Origin: Pyrinomonadales bacterium
GTDB taxonomy: Bacteria > Acidobacteriota > Blastocatellia > Pyrinomonadales > Pyrinomonadaceae
DNA length: 60,321 bases
Assembly: GCA_038256005.1 (NCBI GenBank)
Contig: JBBSKW010000001.1
Coordinates: 1 to 60,321, forward strand
Direction: 5' to 3'
Shown one piece after another: positions 58,669 to 60,321 of the stretch (position 1 is its first letter; each line of letters opens with the position of its first letter). The notes beneath the pieces are model-generated. The model saw only the letters and a list, made by a program, of their open reading frames with translations, ran no database searches and was not told the DNA's origin. A program made the translations under genes and the position numbers.

Positions 58669-58868
58669 ATTCGGGAAGGCGGGTAATTGATCGAACGCGG
58701 AGGACGGGAATAATTCCCACTTAGAAAGATACTGTTTTTACGCCACTTTCGTCAACATTTTGCCATTTTTCATTTCGCGTCCTTGGCGATTGCTAAAACT
58801 GCTCCAACATCCCGAAAAATAGGGCCAAAAAAAAGTTCTCAAAAGTCGACGTTTTGATCATTTTAGGG

Positions 58869-58897
58869 TTGACTAACTGTCTTTTGGTTTCTATATT
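58869..58897 (+). promoter_or_regulatory. Sigma-70-type promoter: TTGACT, 17 nt, TATATT
   Basis: TTGACT is at 58869..58874 and TATATT at 58892..58897. A near-identical promoter is repeated at 59379..59407. Confidence 0.5.
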
Positions 58898-59007
58898 GGC
58901 GTTTGCCTCAAAATATCTTTGAGATTGAGGCAAACTGCGTTCGCGCAGCGTTAAGGAATAAATAGGTTAGTTTTACCTTTGAAGAAGACAGGAGACTTGA
59001 ATTAGTT

Positions 59008-59277
59008 ATGAAAAAAGTAATCGCACTTTCGTCAGTATTGGCTCTCAGTGCTTTAGGAATGGCTTGCGGCGACGCAGCTAACACAAACACGGCAGCAAAC
59101 AAACCGGCTAACGCCAACATGAATGCTAACAGACCAGCAGCAACGCCGTCACCGGCAATGAACTCGAACACGACGATGTCAACCACCAACTCGACCACCA
59201 CATCGAATGGCAACGTGACAACGACGAACTCGACCACCACCACCAAGCCGACAACCTCGAACACGAACGTTAAATAG
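59008..59277 (+). CDS. Lipoprotein with an N/T-rich low-complexity mature region
   Basis: The lipobox is ALSALGMAC-G. The mature region consists almost entirely of N, T, A, S and P. Confidence 0.7.
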   Translation: MKKVIALSSVLALSALGMACGDAANTNTAANKPANANMNANRPAATPSPAMNSNTTMSTTNSTTTSNGNVTTTNSTTTTKPTTSNTNVK

Positions 59278-59298
59278 TTCGCTGATCGATCTTTTCTT

Positions 59299-59340
59299 GA
59301 AAGGCATTTGGAAGAAATTCCGGATGCCTTTCTTGCTTTC
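59299..59340 (+). terminator. Hairpin terminator
   Basis: GAAAGGCAT-16 nt-ATGCCTTTC followed by TTGCTTT. Confidence 0.5.
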
Positions 59341-59378
59341 CCCCTATTCGAATTCTCAATGAATCGATATTTTGGGGG

Positions 59379-59407
59379 TTGACTAACGAGTAGATGGTCA
59401 TTATATT
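59379..59407 (+). promoter_or_regulatory. Sigma-70-type promoter: TTGACT, 17 nt, TATATT (duplicate)
   Basis: TTGACT is at 59379..59384 and TATATT at 59402..59407. The flanking GGGTTGACTAAC matches the first copy. Confidence 0.5.
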
Positions 59408-59515
59408 GTCGTGAGTTCCACAATTTGATTGATGGGGACAGCAGCAGTCCGAAACGATCGCTGTGATTGAAGTTTGATTAACGATAATCTTTGAGAAGAC
59501 AGGAGAACTAACTAA

Positions 59516-59812
59516 ATGAAGAAAATTATTGCACTTTCGTCCCTATTGGCGCTGAGTGCGTTAGGAATGGCTTGTGGTGACGCAGGCACGGGAGCAAACA
59601 ATACTGCGGCTAATGCAAACCGCATGGCTGCAAACATGATGAATCAGGCTAATGCTATGATGTCGAATGCTCAACAGCAGATGGGCAATGCGATGAATCA
59701 AGCAAGCAATGCTATGAGCACGGCGAGCAATGCTGTATCGACCGCTTCGAATGTGGCCAAGGATACGATGAAGGCCGATTCAAATATGTCGAACGCAAAC
59801 ATGAAGAAATAG
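59516..59812 (+). CDS. Lipoprotein with an M/N/A/Q-rich low-complexity mature region, paralogous in its signal peptide to 59008..59277
   Basis: The signal peptide and lipobox MKKIIALSSLLALSALGMACGDA are nearly identical to those of the upstream gene. The mature region carries repeated NAM/MMN motifs. Confidence 0.7.
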   Translation: MKKIIALSSLLALSALGMACGDAGTGANNTAANANRMAANMMNQANAMMSNAQQQMGNAMNQASNAMSTASNAVSTASNVAKDTMKADSNMSNANMKK

Positions 59813-59837
59813 TCTCAGCAGTTTTTTAGAAAATAAA

Positions 59838-59875
59838 GAAAAGCGTTGCTTTTTAAGCATCGCTTTTCTTTTTTA
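59838..59875 (+). terminator. Rho-independent terminator
   Basis: GAAAAGCGTTGC-TTTTTA-GCATCGCTTTTC (one mismatch) followed by TTTTTT. Confidence 0.7.
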
Positions 59876-59892
59876 CAGAGATCGACGTTTAC

Positions 59893-60321
59893 TTAAGTAT
59901 CTTTAGCCAACGCTTCCCGGAGCCCGGTTACTTCTGTCACCGGACGCTGGCATACAAAACCTTCGCAAACATAGGCCGTTGGCTTGCCGTCTACGATGGT
60001 TCGCTCCTTCAGTAACTCAAGATCCGACGGCGAACCGTCTGTCGCTATTGCCACTTTAAATGGCCTGTACTCCGACCATAATTCCTTCACGAGTTCATTT
60101 CGTTTCTCGCCGACAATGACAACTTCCTTCACATCTGCCAAATTAAATTCGATCGCCGACAGTGCCCTGCCAAAGCCCTGCGGATGGGTACGGATCTGCG
60201 TCGCAGCTATTCGCAGAACGGTCATCCCAAATCGTTCGTACCGCACATCGCCAGTCAGTTTCGCAAGCTTCAGCAAAATATCCGCCGCAACCGAATTTCC
60301 TGATGGCGTCGCGTTGTCGTA
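59893..60321 (-). CDS. Thioredoxin-domain/DUF255 (YyaL-like) protein. This is the C-terminal part; the 5' end lies outside the window.
   Basis: The frame stays open to the window edge. The C-terminal block GKPTAYVCEGFVCQRPVTEV is typical of the YyaL/SSP411-like family. Confidence 0.65.
   Translation of the reverse strand, partial: YDNATPSGNSVAADILLKLAKLTGDVRYERFGMTVLRIAATQIRTHPQGFGRALSAIEFNLADVKEVVIVGEKRNELVKELWSEYRPFKVAIATDGSPSDLELLKERTIVDGKPTAYVCEGFVCQRPVTEVTGLREALAKDT

Overview
This is a 60.3-kb chromosomal segment of roughly 50% GC by eye. It comes from a bacterium with an LPS-type envelope, since kdsB, waaF-like, gmhB and a class A PBP are present. The gene content includes a glycine-rich RRM RNA-binding protein, orphan MacB/FtsX permeases, DUF2911, large secreted M14 and S9 peptidases, and many c-di-GMP and sensor proteins. 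This looks most like a soil Acidobacteriota-type genome, but that is only a guess. All family assignments come from reading the translations for diagnostic motifs; no database search was run. I saw no rRNA, tRNA, CRISPR array, transposase, integrase or prophage genes.

Most of the window is housekeeping:
- imuA-imuB-dnaE2 mutagenesis cassette
- xseA and xseB
- atpD-atpC
- phoH-ybeY, zwf and a corC-like gene
- PBP1A and an LPS core cluster
- kdsB and pyrG
- ndk and sucD

The items I would look at again, in order:
1. A secreted 90-aa protein (27560..27832, minus) made of five copies of the hexapeptide GILIND. The copies are conserved at the amino-acid level through synonymous codon differences. 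The gene is divergently paired with a membrane-sensor GGDEF-EAL gene and lies 1.4 kb from a radical-SAM/glycosyltransferase/SDR cluster. I do not recognise it from any described family.
2. A signal-peptide-bearing AhpC/TSA peroxiredoxin whose peroxidatic Cys codon is an in-frame TGA followed by a SECIS-like hairpin. It is a candidate selenoprotein.
3. A small AT-rich, terminator-bounded module encoding a membrane-anchored protein translationally coupled to a secreted 6-Cys peptide.
4. An orphan Tae4-like peptidoglycan amidase with no T6SS or immunity gene, directly downstream of PBP1A.
5. An ImmA/IrrE-like protein with a variant metal motif, translationally coupled to a GAF-PP2C phosphatase.
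6. A GTTCAA-based palindromic intergenic repeat family, seen at two loci.
7. A degenerate GGDEF protein that keeps its I-site.
8. A duplicated promoter, leader and lipoprotein pair.
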